NCBI GenBank assembly: GCA_963719505.1 | Contig: CAVRCF010000004.1 | Coordinates: 192,001-256,000 of the forward strand | Direction of reading: 5' to 3' | Source: Halobacteriovoraceae bacterium | GTDB taxonomy: Bacteria > Bdellovibrionota > Bacteriovoracia > Bacteriovoracales > Bacteriovoracaceae | Length of the DNA: 64,000 nt | Shown here: piece by piece, positions 39,408-48,861 of the stretch | Position numbering within the stretch: position 1 is the first letter of the stretch | How the letters are laid out: the number at the start of each line of letters is the position of its first letter | Notes under the pieces: model-generated | Database searches by the model: none | What the model saw: only the letters and a program-made list of their open reading frames with translations | Told to the model about the DNA's origin: nothing | Program-made: the position numbers and the translations under genes

Positions 39408-39901
39408 TGAAAAAACTTATAAATATTATCTCTTATGTTGAGAAAAGAGTCGCGGCTCTGTGTATGGCAGTCATGACTGTTCTTATAATCTTTGATGTTC
39501 TCTCTAGAGAGATCTTTAATAAGGGAATTCCTTGGGCCCAGAAATCTGCCGTTTATCTTATGATTTGGGGAGGATTTATCGGTGCGATTCTTGTGGCAGA
39601 AAAAGCCGCGCATCTGCGTCCTGAGGTTGCCGATAAACTTTGGGGGGAGAATCGTAAAGCTCTTTTTATCAGAGTTCAAAACTTTGTGATGCTTATCTTT
39701 TGTGGAGTTTTTTTATTTTATAGTTATAAATATGTTGCCGAATCTCTGAGCTTTGGAGATAAGTCCGTTGTTCTTCAAGTTCCTCTTTGGTTTCTCCAAT
39801 TGGTCATTCCCTATACTTTCTTTTCTATGGCCTTAAGGAATATCTATTTTATTTTTAATCCCGACGAGCAGCTACTTCTAAAGAAGGAGTTTAGCGCATG
39901 A
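39407..39901 (+). CDS. dctQ: TRAP transporter small permease
   Basis: Four TM segments; DV.SR, W...A..LMIW..F.GA, HL. Confidence 0.9.
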   Translation: MKKLINIISYVEKRVAALCMAVMTVLIIFDVLSREIFNKGIPWAQKSAVYLMIWGGFIGAILVAEKAAHLRPEVADKLWGENRKALFIRVQNFVMLIFCGVFLFYSYKYVAESLSFGDKSVVLQVPLWFLQLVIPYTFFSMALRNIYFIFNPDEQLLLKKEFSA

Positions 39902-41154
39902 TGACTGTCATTTGTTTATGTCTTTTGGTGGTACTTATTCTTTTAGGGCAACCACTTTTTGTCATTATGGGAACCATAGCTGCTTTTTGTTATCATTTTG
40001 TTTCTAACGAAAGTATTAGTATTGTTATTGGAGATATTTTCTACGCAGCTAATAAAGAAATCCTTTTGGCCATTCCACTTTTTGTTTTGGCCGGACAAAT
40101 AATGACCAAAGGATCAATTGCAACTCGTCTCATAGATATAGCAAAAGCGGTTACAGCTCCGATTCCATCGGGACTCGCTATTGCATCAGTTCTTTCATGT
40201 GCTGTTTTTGCAGCGATCTCTGGATCAAGTCCAGTTACTCTTATTGCTGTTGGAAGTATTCTTTATCCAGCTTTATTAAAAGCGGGATATGATAAGAAAA
40301 TGGCAATGGGGATGTTAAGTGTTGGTGGTACTTTAGGTATTATCGTTCCTCCAAGTATCCCTATGATCATTTTTGCCATTATGGCCGGAGTGTCTGTTGT
40401 TGATCTTTTTAAAGCGGGGATTGGTCCAAGTATCGTTCTGATCGGGCTCCTTTGTATTTACGCATTTTTTAGAGCGCCAGCTGGAAGTAAAGGTGAATGG
40501 AATACTCAAGAGTTTATAGCTTCAGTGAAGCGCGGTATTCTTTCTGTTTTTATGCCTTTTGTTATATTGGGTGGTATTTACACCGGATTTTTTACAGCTA
40601 CTGAATCTGCAGCCGTTGCTGTTCTATATGCCTTGATTGTTGAATTTCTTTTCCACCGAGAGTTGAAGCTCTCCGACATGGTTAGCTTATTCGAAGAGAC
40701 CGCAGCACTTTTAGGAACTCTGTTTCTTATTCTTATTTTGGCCATGAGTTTTAATAAGTTTATGACCTATGAGGATATTCCCCAAGATCTTGTTGAATAT
40801 ATGTCTTCTTTGATTTCGAGCAAGGTGACTTTTATTATTGGAGTAAATATTCTTCTTCTCATCGTTGGGTGTGTTATGGATATTATGAGCGCTATTTTAG
40901 TCCTGGCGCCAATACTAACTCCTATGGCCATTCACTATGGTATGAATCCTGTCCACTTTGGTGTCATGATGATTGTTAATTTAGAGATTGGTTATATCAC
41001 TCCACCTATAGGTATTAACTTATTTGTGGCCTCTGGTATTTTCAAAGAGAATTTAAGCTCGGTCATAAAATCAATAGTGCCTCTCCTTTTTGTTTTATTG
41101 ATCGGACTTCTATTGATCTCTTTTATTCCAAGTATCTCGTTGTTTACGGTTTAG
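39898..41154 (+). CDS. dctM: TRAP transporter large permease
   Basis: LLAIPLFVLAG, FAAISGSS, IVPPSIP, TATESAA, ITPP.G.NLF. Confidence 0.95.
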   Translation: MMTVICLCLLVVLILLGQPLFVIMGTIAAFCYHFVSNESISIVIGDIFYAANKEILLAIPLFVLAGQIMTKGSIATRLIDIAKAVTAPIPSGLAIASVLSCAVFAAISGSSPVTLIAVGSILYPALLKAGYDKKMAMGMLSVGGTLGIIVPPSIPMIIFAIMAGVSVVDLFKAGIGPSIVLIGLLCIYAFFRAPAGSKGEWNTQEFIASVKRGILSVFMPFVILGGIYTGFFTATESAAVAVLYALIVEFLFHRELKLSDMVSLFEETAALLGTLFLILILAMSFNKFMTYEDIPQDLVEYMSSLISSKVTFIIGVNILLLIVGCVMDIMSAILVLAPILTPMAIHYGMNPVHFGVMMIVNLEIGYITPPIGINLFVASGIFKENLSSVIKSIVPLLFVLLIGLLLISFIPSISLFTV

Positions 41155-41865
41155 TTTGTTGCTTTAAGTCCAAGCTCTGGACTCTCAATGAGATACGTCC
41201 CTTTTCTGACCTCTACATTTAAGGTCCATTTTTGAGACTCTGTGAAATGAACTTTATCAAAGAGCTTTTCACCTTCAGAGTCGTATTTTGTTCCAAAATA
41301 GAGGCTATTGTTATCAAATGGCCAAACAGCTATATCCAGTTGCTATTTCATCAATTGTTCCTACACCCGTTTCAAATTCTTTAAAGATAACCTTCGTTCT
41401 TTTTCTCCCAATATTTGAGAAAATTCCATCATGGCCATCTGAACTTTTTAATGTTCCGTCAACTTGGGGGTAGCCCGTCCATGTTTTAAATGCTTCTACG
41501 AGGTAGGTCACTTCTTTACTATAAGGTTCGCTTTCTCCATCTTTAAATAACATGACAGTCTTTTTTACTCTTTGGATAAGAAACTTCTCTTCGATTGGAC
41601 TTTCAATATTAGTAAAGAAAAAGTAGTACGCGCTGCCTTTTTCATATTTGCTCCAAAGAACTTCATCTTTAGGTCGGCTCAGGAGATCTAACCCTCGTTT
41701 TTGCATAATAGAGTTTAGATTTGTCTTTCTAAAGGCTTCAACTTTTTTATCGTAGTCCATCCACCAATATTTATGGAGAGATCCATTTTCTAGAGTTGGT
41801 GCAATAATATTAATAGCTGCAAATGCATTAAAGCAGATTGCAAGTGTGAGAATAATAAGTTTCAT
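41151..41865 (-). pseudogene. Secreted hypothetical protein with a single frameshift near 41340
   Basis: ORF 41865-41314 continues in another frame as LDIAVWPFDNNSLYFGTKYD...GLKATN* to 41151, abutting the dctM stop. Confidence 0.65.
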
Positions 41866-41957
41866 CTTTTATCCTTAGGGCTAAGTTAAAGATGTATTAT
41901 CAAATCGATTTGAATTTTTTGCGAGGACGGTAGTAAAATATTCAATCTTGAACGGTA

Positions 41958-43280
41958 TTATAAATACTTAGAGTGGACATTCTTTACAATTTCAAAGGTA
42001 TCTTTCGATTCCACCAACAGACTAAAGCTATTGTTGCTGGCACCCATGTTGATAGAGTAGGACATTTTAGAGTTTGAAAAAGAGAGGATATCGCACTTGA
42101 AGTTCTCTTCATCAGAGAAATTATTACCGACAAATGTGAGAAGGGATAGGTTTTTGATGACTTTAACATCGGAGAATTTTCTTATCTCATCACCAATTTT
42201 TTCTTTCTCTAGAGGGACAGAAAGAGAGTAGGTGGTTTCTCCTATTTGAAGTGAATCAAGTGAAACTTTGTGTTTTTCAAAAAGAGTAATAAGCTTACTG
42301 AGAAATTCGCTTGTTCTGATAAGTTGTGTATTTGTAATTTTAAAAAGAATCTGATTCTCTCTTACAGCGATGGCCCTAAGTTTAGGTCGTTCAATGGGTG
42401 TCTTTTTTATCCAGGTTCCTTTTGAATTATCTAAAAGGGTAGAGCCCACAAAAATAGGAATAGCTTTTCTTTTTACGGGTTGAATGGTTATTGGATGAAG
42501 AATCTTTGCGCCGTAAAAAGCGAGCTCACTGGCCTCTTTGTAGGAGATCTCTTCAATTCTTTTTGATTCTTTAATGAGCCTTGGGTCGCAGGTTGCGATT
42601 CCGTCGACATCCGTCCAGATCTCAAGAGTGTCTGCTTCAAGCGCTTCCGCAAAAAGTGCTGCAGTATAGTCGCTTCCACCTCTACCAATGGTTGTCGTTC
42701 TGCCATCCTCTGTGGAGCCTATAAAACCTCCAGCCACTAGTGTGGTAGCAAAGGACAAAGACTTTACTTTTTCTTTTATCATAATTGGTTTTGGTGAAGC
42801 CTGAGAGAAAAAATCATCTGTAATAAGAAAGTTTCTTGAATCTATATGTGTCGCTTCCTTTTTTGAAACTTGGCTTAAGACTTCTGTGAAAATGAGGCTT
42901 GATAGTCTTTCCCCAAAAGAGAGAAGTTGGTCGTAAATAGAGTTATTAAACTCTCTAAGAAGTAAAAGGCCTCTCGCGATTTGTTCAAGTTTTCTAAATT
43001 CTGAATTAAATTGAATTAAAAGGTCTTCATAACTATCAAGGGAATAAATGATATCTAAGTGTTTTTCTTTTATAGAGTAGAGGATTTTCTCTAATGAGTT
43101 TTCATGGGACTCTTTGGTGAGTTCAAACAGAGATATCAGATCATTGGTAATACCAAAAACTGCCGAGACAACAATGAGATTACTTTTTTGCCTTACGGCT
43201 ATTTTAGCACTTCTGATCATGGTCTGGATGTTGGCCATGGAGCTTCCACCAAATTTTGAAATGATAATGTTTTGTGTCAT
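41958..43280 (-). CDS. lysC: Aspartate kinase
   Basis: KFGGSS, VVSA, GERLS, GRGGSDY, WTDVDG, GAKILHP; ACT-like C-terminus. Confidence 0.93.
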   Translation of the reverse strand: MTQNIIISKFGGSSMANIQTMIRSAKIAVRQKSNLIVVSAVFGITNDLISLFELTKESHENSLEKILYSIKEKHLDIIYSLDSYEDLLIQFNSEFRKLEQIARGLLLLREFNNSIYDQLLSFGERLSSLIFTEVLSQVSKKEATHIDSRNFLITDDFFSQASPKPIMIKEKVKSLSFATTLVAGGFIGSTEDGRTTTIGRGGSDYTAALFAEALEADTLEIWTDVDGIATCDPRLIKESKRIEEISYKEASELAFYGAKILHPITIQPVKRKAIPIFVGSTLLDNSKGTWIKKTPIERPKLRAIAVRENQILFKITNTQLIRTSEFLSKLITLFEKHKVSLDSLQIGETTYSLSVPLEKEKIGDEIRKFSDVKVIKNLSLLTFVGNNFSDEENFKCDILSFSNSKMSYSINMGASNNSFSLLVESKDTFEIVKNVHSKYL

Positions 43281-43365
43281 TGATCTCCTAAAATATGGAA
43301 TTATACTAATATTTTAATTACTAAAAGTAATGCATAAGTTAGTCTTCTTGCAAGGGAGGAAGAGC

Positions 43366-44424
43366 ATGAAAACACTTGGTATTGTTGGCTTTAGGGGAAT
43401 GGTTGGAAATACTTTAATGCAAAGAATGGCCCAGTCTGGGGATTTTGATCATTTTAAGACTATTTTGTTCTCTTCACAAAAAGAGATCACTTCTTTTATG
43501 CTTGGGAATCAAAGTTTCAATGTTCAAAACTCTTTCTCAATCGAAGCACTGCTTGCTTGCGATATTATCGTCACATGTCAGGGGGCGGAGTATACTCAAG
43601 AGACTCTACCAAAACTTCAACATTCAAACTGGCAAGGATTTTGGATTGATGCCTCCTCAGCCCTTAGGATGGAAGAGTCAAGTTTGATCTGTCTTGATCC
43701 CATTAATGAAAAAGCTCTCATCGAGGGGATTGAAAAAGGAATTAAAGTTTTTTGTGGAGGAAACTGTACTGTATCATTACTTTTGTTGGCCTTAGATGGT
43801 CTCTACAAAGAGAATCTCATTGATTGGGTTAGTTCTATGACCTATCAAGCAGCCTCGGGAGCTGGAGCATCTGCAATAGAGGAGCTTTACCATCAGTATA
43901 CACAGACCGCGATGTTAACAACGACCGGTCTGATGGATCGAGAAAGACAGATCGCTGAAATCATCTCACAAAAGGAGATGCCTCTGGCCTACAACCTTCT
44001 CCCTTTTATTGACGGCCAGATGCCTGGTGGGGCAAGCAAGGAAGAGTGGAAGGCCACAGTTGAGTCCTCTAAGATTCATGGGCGCCAAATACTTGTTGAT
44101 GGAACCTGTGTAAGAGTTTCAAGCCTGAGGTGTCACGCTCAAGCCCTAACTATAAAACTTAATAAAAACGTTAGCTTAGATAGTGTTGAAGAAATTTTGA
44201 AAAATAGCAATCAGTGGATAAAATACATACCTAATGACAAAAATAACACTTTGCGGTATTTAAACCCTCATACTGTTGCCACAACTCTAGATATAGGTGT
44301 CGGTCGACTCAAGAAGATGACTTTTGGAGATGAATACTTAAACCTATTCACAATAGGAGATCAACTTTTGTGGGGAGCTGCAGAGCCTCTAAGAAGAATG
44401 GTGAGGCTTTTAGAAAAGGTGTAA
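43366..44424 (+). CDS. asd: Aspartate-semialdehyde dehydrogenase (gammaproteobacterial type)
   Basis: GFRGMVG, WIDASSALR, GGNCTVSL, YQAASGAG, CVRV..LRCH, GDQLLWGAAEP. Confidence 0.95.
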   Translation: MKTLGIVGFRGMVGNTLMQRMAQSGDFDHFKTILFSSQKEITSFMLGNQSFNVQNSFSIEALLACDIIVTCQGAEYTQETLPKLQHSNWQGFWIDASSALRMEESSLICLDPINEKALIEGIEKGIKVFCGGNCTVSLLLLALDGLYKENLIDWVSSMTYQAASGAGASAIEELYHQYTQTAMLTTTGLMDRERQIAEIISQKEMPLAYNLLPFIDGQMPGGASKEEWKATVESSKIHGRQILVDGTCVRVSSLRCHAQALTIKLNKNVSLDSVEEILKNSNQWIKYIPNDKNNTLRYLNPHTVATTLDIGVGRLKKMTFGDEYLNLFTIGDQLLWGAAEPLRRMVRLLEKV

Positions 44425-44425
44425 A

Positions 44426-45604
44426 ATGAAAATTTTCTTGTCTTTGGTTTTCACGTTTAGTTTTATCTCGCAAGGGTTCGCGGTCGATAATGAACAAAGA
44501 ATCATGAATGCTTATGAAAAGTCTGATAAGGCCTATGATTTAGAATGTTACTATTTCTCACCGGTTAAGAATCTCCTTATTCTTCCAAAGACCACGACGA
44601 CCTATATCGATAAAAAGATCACAAGAGATTTCGATCTTAAGCTCAACGGTCAAGTCACAGATATGAGAGTATCCTTTATTCAAAAAGAAAATGAAGACAA
44701 AAAAAGTGTCGGAAAATACAAGGTTAGCCTTGGAGATAAAAATTTTTCGGGCAACGTTTCTGATAATTTTTATAAAGGGTTTTACTTACAAAACTCTGGT
44801 TCAGATTTTGACAATAAATTTGAAGTCAATAAACTCTACTGCACATTCAATATTGCTCGGACGACTCCATTTAAATTAGAGAGCTCTCTTAGTGATCTTC
44901 ATATCAATGTTCATCCCCATTTAAGTTATGACTACTTTAATGAAACAACTGAAAATGTTCAAAGAATACTGGATAAGAATATAGGAAAGAACATCGTTTT
45001 AATTGAAGAGCAAGATGATGTAAAAGGTCAGCTGGTTGATCTCACAAACTTTTTGGAAACCGGTATCGTCCCTGACCTTCCAAAAAATCCTTATGAAACT
45101 CCTCTTGATATTCCACTGACCACACAGCTTGTTGTCTCACCAGCTGGACATAACAGATATGAATTTAAAAAAATGGACGGTGAAATAAACCTAACCTTTA
45201 CCGGTGGCTTTCATAATTACTGTGTCTGGAACAATACAAGAAATATTTTGCGATCATTATTTAGATCAGAAAGTAGAACAAAACTTAATATCAACTATAA
45301 ACTTGATTCAATGATCGTTCAAAGATCAGGTATTATAGGGGGACTGTCTTTCAACTGGGCACAAGTGAGGAGAACAAGACTGTTATCCAATTTAGTTGAA
45401 AAAAATCCAAGTCATATGAAAAGCTATTTTAGAAACTATTTCCGTTTCTTCTCTGGAAGTTTTTTGACGGGCTCTACTTTTGGAAGTTTTACTTCAACCT
45501 TTAAAACACTGAAGATAAACTACAAGAGCCCTCTTTATGAGGACTCTGTTATTATTGAAGGTAACGGTGTTAGAAATCTCGAAGTTGACTTTAACTATCT
45601 ATAG
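44426..45604 (+). CDS. Hypothetical secreted protein
   Basis: Signal peptide; 1 bp after the asd stop. Confidence 0.72.
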   Translation: MKIFLSLVFTFSFISQGFAVDNEQRIMNAYEKSDKAYDLECYYFSPVKNLLILPKTTTTYIDKKITRDFDLKLNGQVTDMRVSFIQKENEDKKSVGKYKVSLGDKNFSGNVSDNFYKGFYLQNSGSDFDNKFEVNKLYCTFNIARTTPFKLESSLSDLHINVHPHLSYDYFNETTENVQRILDKNIGKNIVLIEEQDDVKGQLVDLTNFLETGIVPDLPKNPYETPLDIPLTTQLVVSPAGHNRYEFKKMDGEINLTFTGGFHNYCVWNNTRNILRSLFRSESRTKLNINYKLDSMIVQRSGIIGGLSFNWAQVRRTRLLSNLVEKNPSHMKSYFRNYFRFFSGSFLTGSTFGSFTSTFKTLKINYKSPLYEDSVIIEGNGVRNLEVDFNYL

Positions 45605-46516
45605 ATTTTCGATATAGGCAGAAAGATCGTCAAAAGAGGCGAAGCATTTAATGTCGGAATCTGGTAGAGACACGCAGAAGTCATATGCTCCAACTAATAT
45701 TTGCGTTTGTGGTGTGATGTACTGGGCAACCGTCTTGAGGTAGTTAGTACTTTGTTCTTGTGTAAATAGTCTCGAGTAGTTTATTCCTAGAAAAATATAG
45801 TCAGGTTTAAACTGAGAGCTGATTTGTCCAACAATCTCACTTTCAACATTCGTCCCGATAAAATCAACATTTAGACCTGCATCTAAAAATAGAATTGTTG
45901 CAACCATAGTTCCAATTTCATTTAAGCTACAGTCTGGAGATGCAACGAGAATTTTCTTCTTGTTAACATTTTTTTGTTTGTAGGAAAGGTAGAGCTTTCT
46001 GTTTAAATGAGACTTTAAAATAACATAGATCTGTTGTCTTTGGTTTTCGGCCAAAACTTGTTTGTCTTTCATCTCGAGAATTTGCTTCATCGCTGGTTGA
46101 ATAATCTTTAGAGCAAATAATTTTGATGCAAGTGATTCAGCTGCTTTTTCTAACTCATGGTTTAGAACATCAAGTTTAAAGAAATTTAAGGCCATCGTTA
46201 TATTTTTTAATGATCCTTCAAAATCAAAGTTCTTGAACTCTTCTGCAGTATTGTCATCGATACCAAAATGTTTAGAAATATCTTTAAGCTCTTCGTAAGG
46301 AAGAGAGGCAATATCAGATATACTGTTACCAAGTTTGACTAATTTGTTTAAGATGTGGAGTCTGTTTATTTCAAAGTTTGTGTAAAGTCTTCTCCCATTA
46401 TTATCTCGCTGGGGTGTGATGGCATTATACCTTTTCTCCCAAGCTCTGATAGTATGAGGATTAATTCCAGTAATGTTTGAAACAAATTGAATGTTAAAAA
46501 TTTGGTTGTCGCCCAT
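45599..46516 (-). CDS. MerR-family regulator with CarH/LitR-like architecture and a degenerate cobalamin-binding domain
   Basis: HTH IRAWEKRY...P.R...GRRLY; helical bundle; Rossmann-like C-terminus ASPDCSLNEIG. Confidence 0.85.
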   Translation of the reverse strand: MGDNQIFNIQFVSNITGINPHTIRAWEKRYNAITPQRDNNGRRLYTNFEINRLHILNKLVKLGNSISDIASLPYEELKDISKHFGIDDNTAEEFKNFDFEGSLKNITMALNFFKLDVLNHELEKAAESLASKLFALKIIQPAMKQILEMKDKQVLAENQRQQIYVILKSHLNRKLYLSYKQKNVNKKKILVASPDCSLNEIGTMVATILFLDAGLNVDFIGTNVESEIVGQISSQFKPDYIFLGINYSRLFTQEQSTNYLKTVAQYITPQTQILVGAYDFCVSLPDSDIKCFASFDDLSAYIENL

Positions 46517-46586
46517 GGGACATTCCTTTGTAGAAGGTTCTTCTAAGTTATAATGCGCTTGCCTATCTATTTCAATTTGATAGACC

Positions 46587-46664
46587 TAAACAATATATAG
46601 ACAGCCCTTTTGTAAAACCAATGTCTAGCTTTAAGTTGGACTTAAGTTGTGCAGATATCTACAC
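46587..46664. promoter_or_regulatory. Candidate CarH-type operator (11-bp direct repeats)
   Basis: taaaca and tagaca 11 bp apart (46587, 46598); taagttggact-taagttgtgca-gatatctacac (46632-46664). Confidence 0.45.
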
Positions 46665-46725
46665 ATTTGGCTAAGATATTGTTTTTACATTGGACGATTG
46701 CAACAAAGGTAAGTAGGTTAGGCTC

Positions 46726-47382
46726 ATGTTATTTAAAAATTTGTATGAAACGGAAGATTTTCTCGTTGTTAATAAATTAAAGCCTTGTAGCTATCACAGT
46801 GATGAGGGAACGGGATTTTTTGAGCAAGTCAAAGCTGAATATCCTGCAGTGATTTCTGTCCACCGCTTAGATAAGCCAACTGTAGGTCTGTGTCTTTTTG
46901 CTAAAAATATTGAGGCCGCAAAGATATTTGGAGATCTTTTTTCTAGTCAAAAGGTAGAGAAGATCTATCTTGCCCTCAGTGATAAAAAGCCCACGAAAAA
47001 ACAAGGGCTAGTGATGGGGGATATGGAGAAGTCTAGAAGTGGAAGTTATCGACTTTCAAAAACTAAAAAAAATCCGGCCATCACACAATTTTTTACCTAT
47101 TCATTGGCTCCAGGGAAAAGACTTTTTATTCTAAAACCTCACTCGGGTAAAACTCATCAACTGAGAGTGATGATGAAATCGATAGGTTCCCCAATTGTGG
47201 GTGATGATAGATATAAAGGCTCAATTTGTGAGAGTCTTTATCTTCAGGCTCACCAGTTAAAGTTCACCTTTAAAAATAAATACTTTATCTTCACTCTTAA
47301 TAGTTTTTTTGACATCGAATCTGAAAAGGTTACTGAAAAAAGTTTAGAGGATCTTATTTGGCCAGATCTAAAAAAGAGTTAA
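46726..47382 (+). CDS. RluA-family pseudouridine synthase
   Basis: VHRLDKPT, YLAL, GKTHQLRV, GSPIVGD.RY. Confidence 0.92.
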   Translation: MLFKNLYETEDFLVVNKLKPCSYHSDEGTGFFEQVKAEYPAVISVHRLDKPTVGLCLFAKNIEAAKIFGDLFSSQKVEKIYLALSDKKPTKKQGLVMGDMEKSRSGSYRLSKTKKNPAITQFFTYSLAPGKRLFILKPHSGKTHQLRVMMKSIGSPIVGDDRYKGSICESLYLQAHQLKFTFKNKYFIFTLNSFFDIESEKVTEKSLEDLIWPDLKKS

Positions 47383-47995
47383 TAAAGTTTAATCCATTTG
47401 ATTGCACCAAATTTATATCATGGGCATTAGCTTTTTTGATAAAAGATAAAGATGCCTCTGGATGTGCTTGAAGACTATAGTAGTTTGTCTTTTTTAGATG
47501 AAGAACATCGAACATCGAGTCTTTTGATGAAGCCAGCACATCAAAATCCTTTGTGATTTTTTTTACCACTTGAGCATGAGAATAAGCGAGGCTTAAGCTT
47601 TCGTTTTTAGAGTGGCCTAAAGTCGATTTATTAAAGACAACATCTCTTACAATATCAAAGGTCTTTTTGCTTGAATCAATATAACCCACTTCACAACCGA
47701 GGTGATGGGCAATAAGTTGGTGTCCAAAACATATACCTAAGACAAATGCACCAGAGTGTATTTTAGGTATAATAAACTCAAGCAAATCTTTATGCCACTG
47801 TAGATTTTCATGCACATGAGAGGCACTACCCAAGATAATATAGTGAGTCGGTTTTGTAAGGGATGTTAATGATTCCATTCCGTACTTTGAGGGCATGTGA
47901 TAAGTTGAAACGAGCTGCAACTTTTCGACGAGCTCATTAACACAGTGATTTACAGGATCATTTATAAAACAATCAATAAAGGCGACATTTTTCAT
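47354..47995 (-). CDS. Type 1 glutamine amidotransferase-like protein
   Basis: LGICFGHQ, SH...V, QAHPE. Confidence 0.85.
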   Translation of the reverse strand: MKNVAFIDCFINDPVNHCVNELVEKLQLVSTYHMPSKYGMESLTSLTKPTHYIILGSASHVHENLQWHKDLLEFIIPKIHSGAFVLGICFGHQLIAHHLGCEVGYIDSSKKTFDIVRDVVFNKSTLGHSKNESLSLAYSHAQVVKKITKDFDVLASSKDSMFDVLHLKKTNYYSLQAHPEASLSFIKKANAHDINLVQSNGLNFINSFLDLAK

Positions 47996-48022
47996 AAAAA
48001 AAAGGAACTGTGAAAGTTCCTT
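47996..48022 (-). terminator. Terminator of the small basic ORF
   Basis: Minus strand reads aaggaact-ttcac-agttcctt followed by a T-run. Confidence 0.75.
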
Positions 48023-48124
48023 TTATTTTTTAGCGTTAATTTTTCTTTTGATTTTAGCTTTTTTCTTTGCTTGAGCTCTTCTTCTTTTCATTTTTAACTC
48101 AAGTTTCTTTCTTCCGTCACCCAT
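48023..48124 (-). CDS. 33-aa Lys/Arg-rich microprotein (not in the ORF track)
   Basis: MGDGRKKLELKMKRRRAQAKKKAKIKRKINAKK*; SD TAAGGAG 6 nt upstream; own terminator. Confidence 0.8.
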   Translation of the reverse strand: MGDGRKKLELKMKRRRAQAKKKAKIKRKINAKK

Positions 48125-48210
48125 ATAAATCTCCTTAAGATATTAAATATTTGAACCCCATTTTTACGCAATTTGGCGTTATCTGTAAAGAACTATTGAA
48201 GCGCTTGGCG

Positions 48211-48861
48211 TTATATTTTTCTGAAAGCCCGGTAGTTGGCCTCTATTTGATCGGCGAGTTGGTTTAGGTCAATTTTAAGAATTTTGGCACTCTCTGTGTA
48301 GACTTCTTCAATGCTATGAGTTGATTGGTCATCGGTCTCAAAGAAAAGACGATGCAAAGGAGTATTTATAAGACTTTCTTTGACTTTCTTGGAGTGAAAT
48401 ATGAGGTGTCCAAAGCTGTAGAAAGTCTTGAACTGAAGTAGCTGGGTTTGGATTTGTGGGTTTGCGCTAAATCCATGGATGAGAATATTTCCTTCAAATC
48501 TCGACTTCTTAAGAATTCTAATAAATTCATTAAAAGCTCCAACGATGTGAACAACAATATTGAGATCTTTCTCCTTGGCGAATTCAATTTCGCTTTTAAG
48601 CACTTCAATTTGTTTCTCAATGGGGAAACTTATTTTTGTATCGAGGCCAATTTCTCCTAAGGCGAAGAACTTTGGATCTTTAAATGCGCTCTCTCTTTGC
48701 TTTTTATACTGGGAGATATCCATGGACTCAATAAACCAAGGGTGAAGGCCAAAACAAAAAGGAGTGGTTGGTGCGATCATTTTATTTCTTGGATCGAGGA
48801 CCAGGACACTTTTCGGATTAGGATCCAAAGAGTGTGTGTGAATATCAATAAAATTAGGCAT
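48211..48861 (-). CDS. tatD: TatD family hydrolase
   Basis: DIHTH, GLHPW, GEIGLD, HGF, FETD. Confidence 0.9.
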   Translation of the reverse strand: MPNFIDIHTHSLDPNPKSVLVLDPRNKMIAPTTPFCFGLHPWFIESMDISQYKKQRESAFKDPKFFALGEIGLDTKISFPIEKQIEVLKSEIEFAKEKDLNIVVHIVGAFNEFIRILKKSRFEGNILIHGFSANPQIQTQLLQFKTFYSFGHLIFHSKKVKESLINTPLHRLFFETDDQSTHSIEEVYTESAKILKIDLNQLADQIEANYRAFRKI

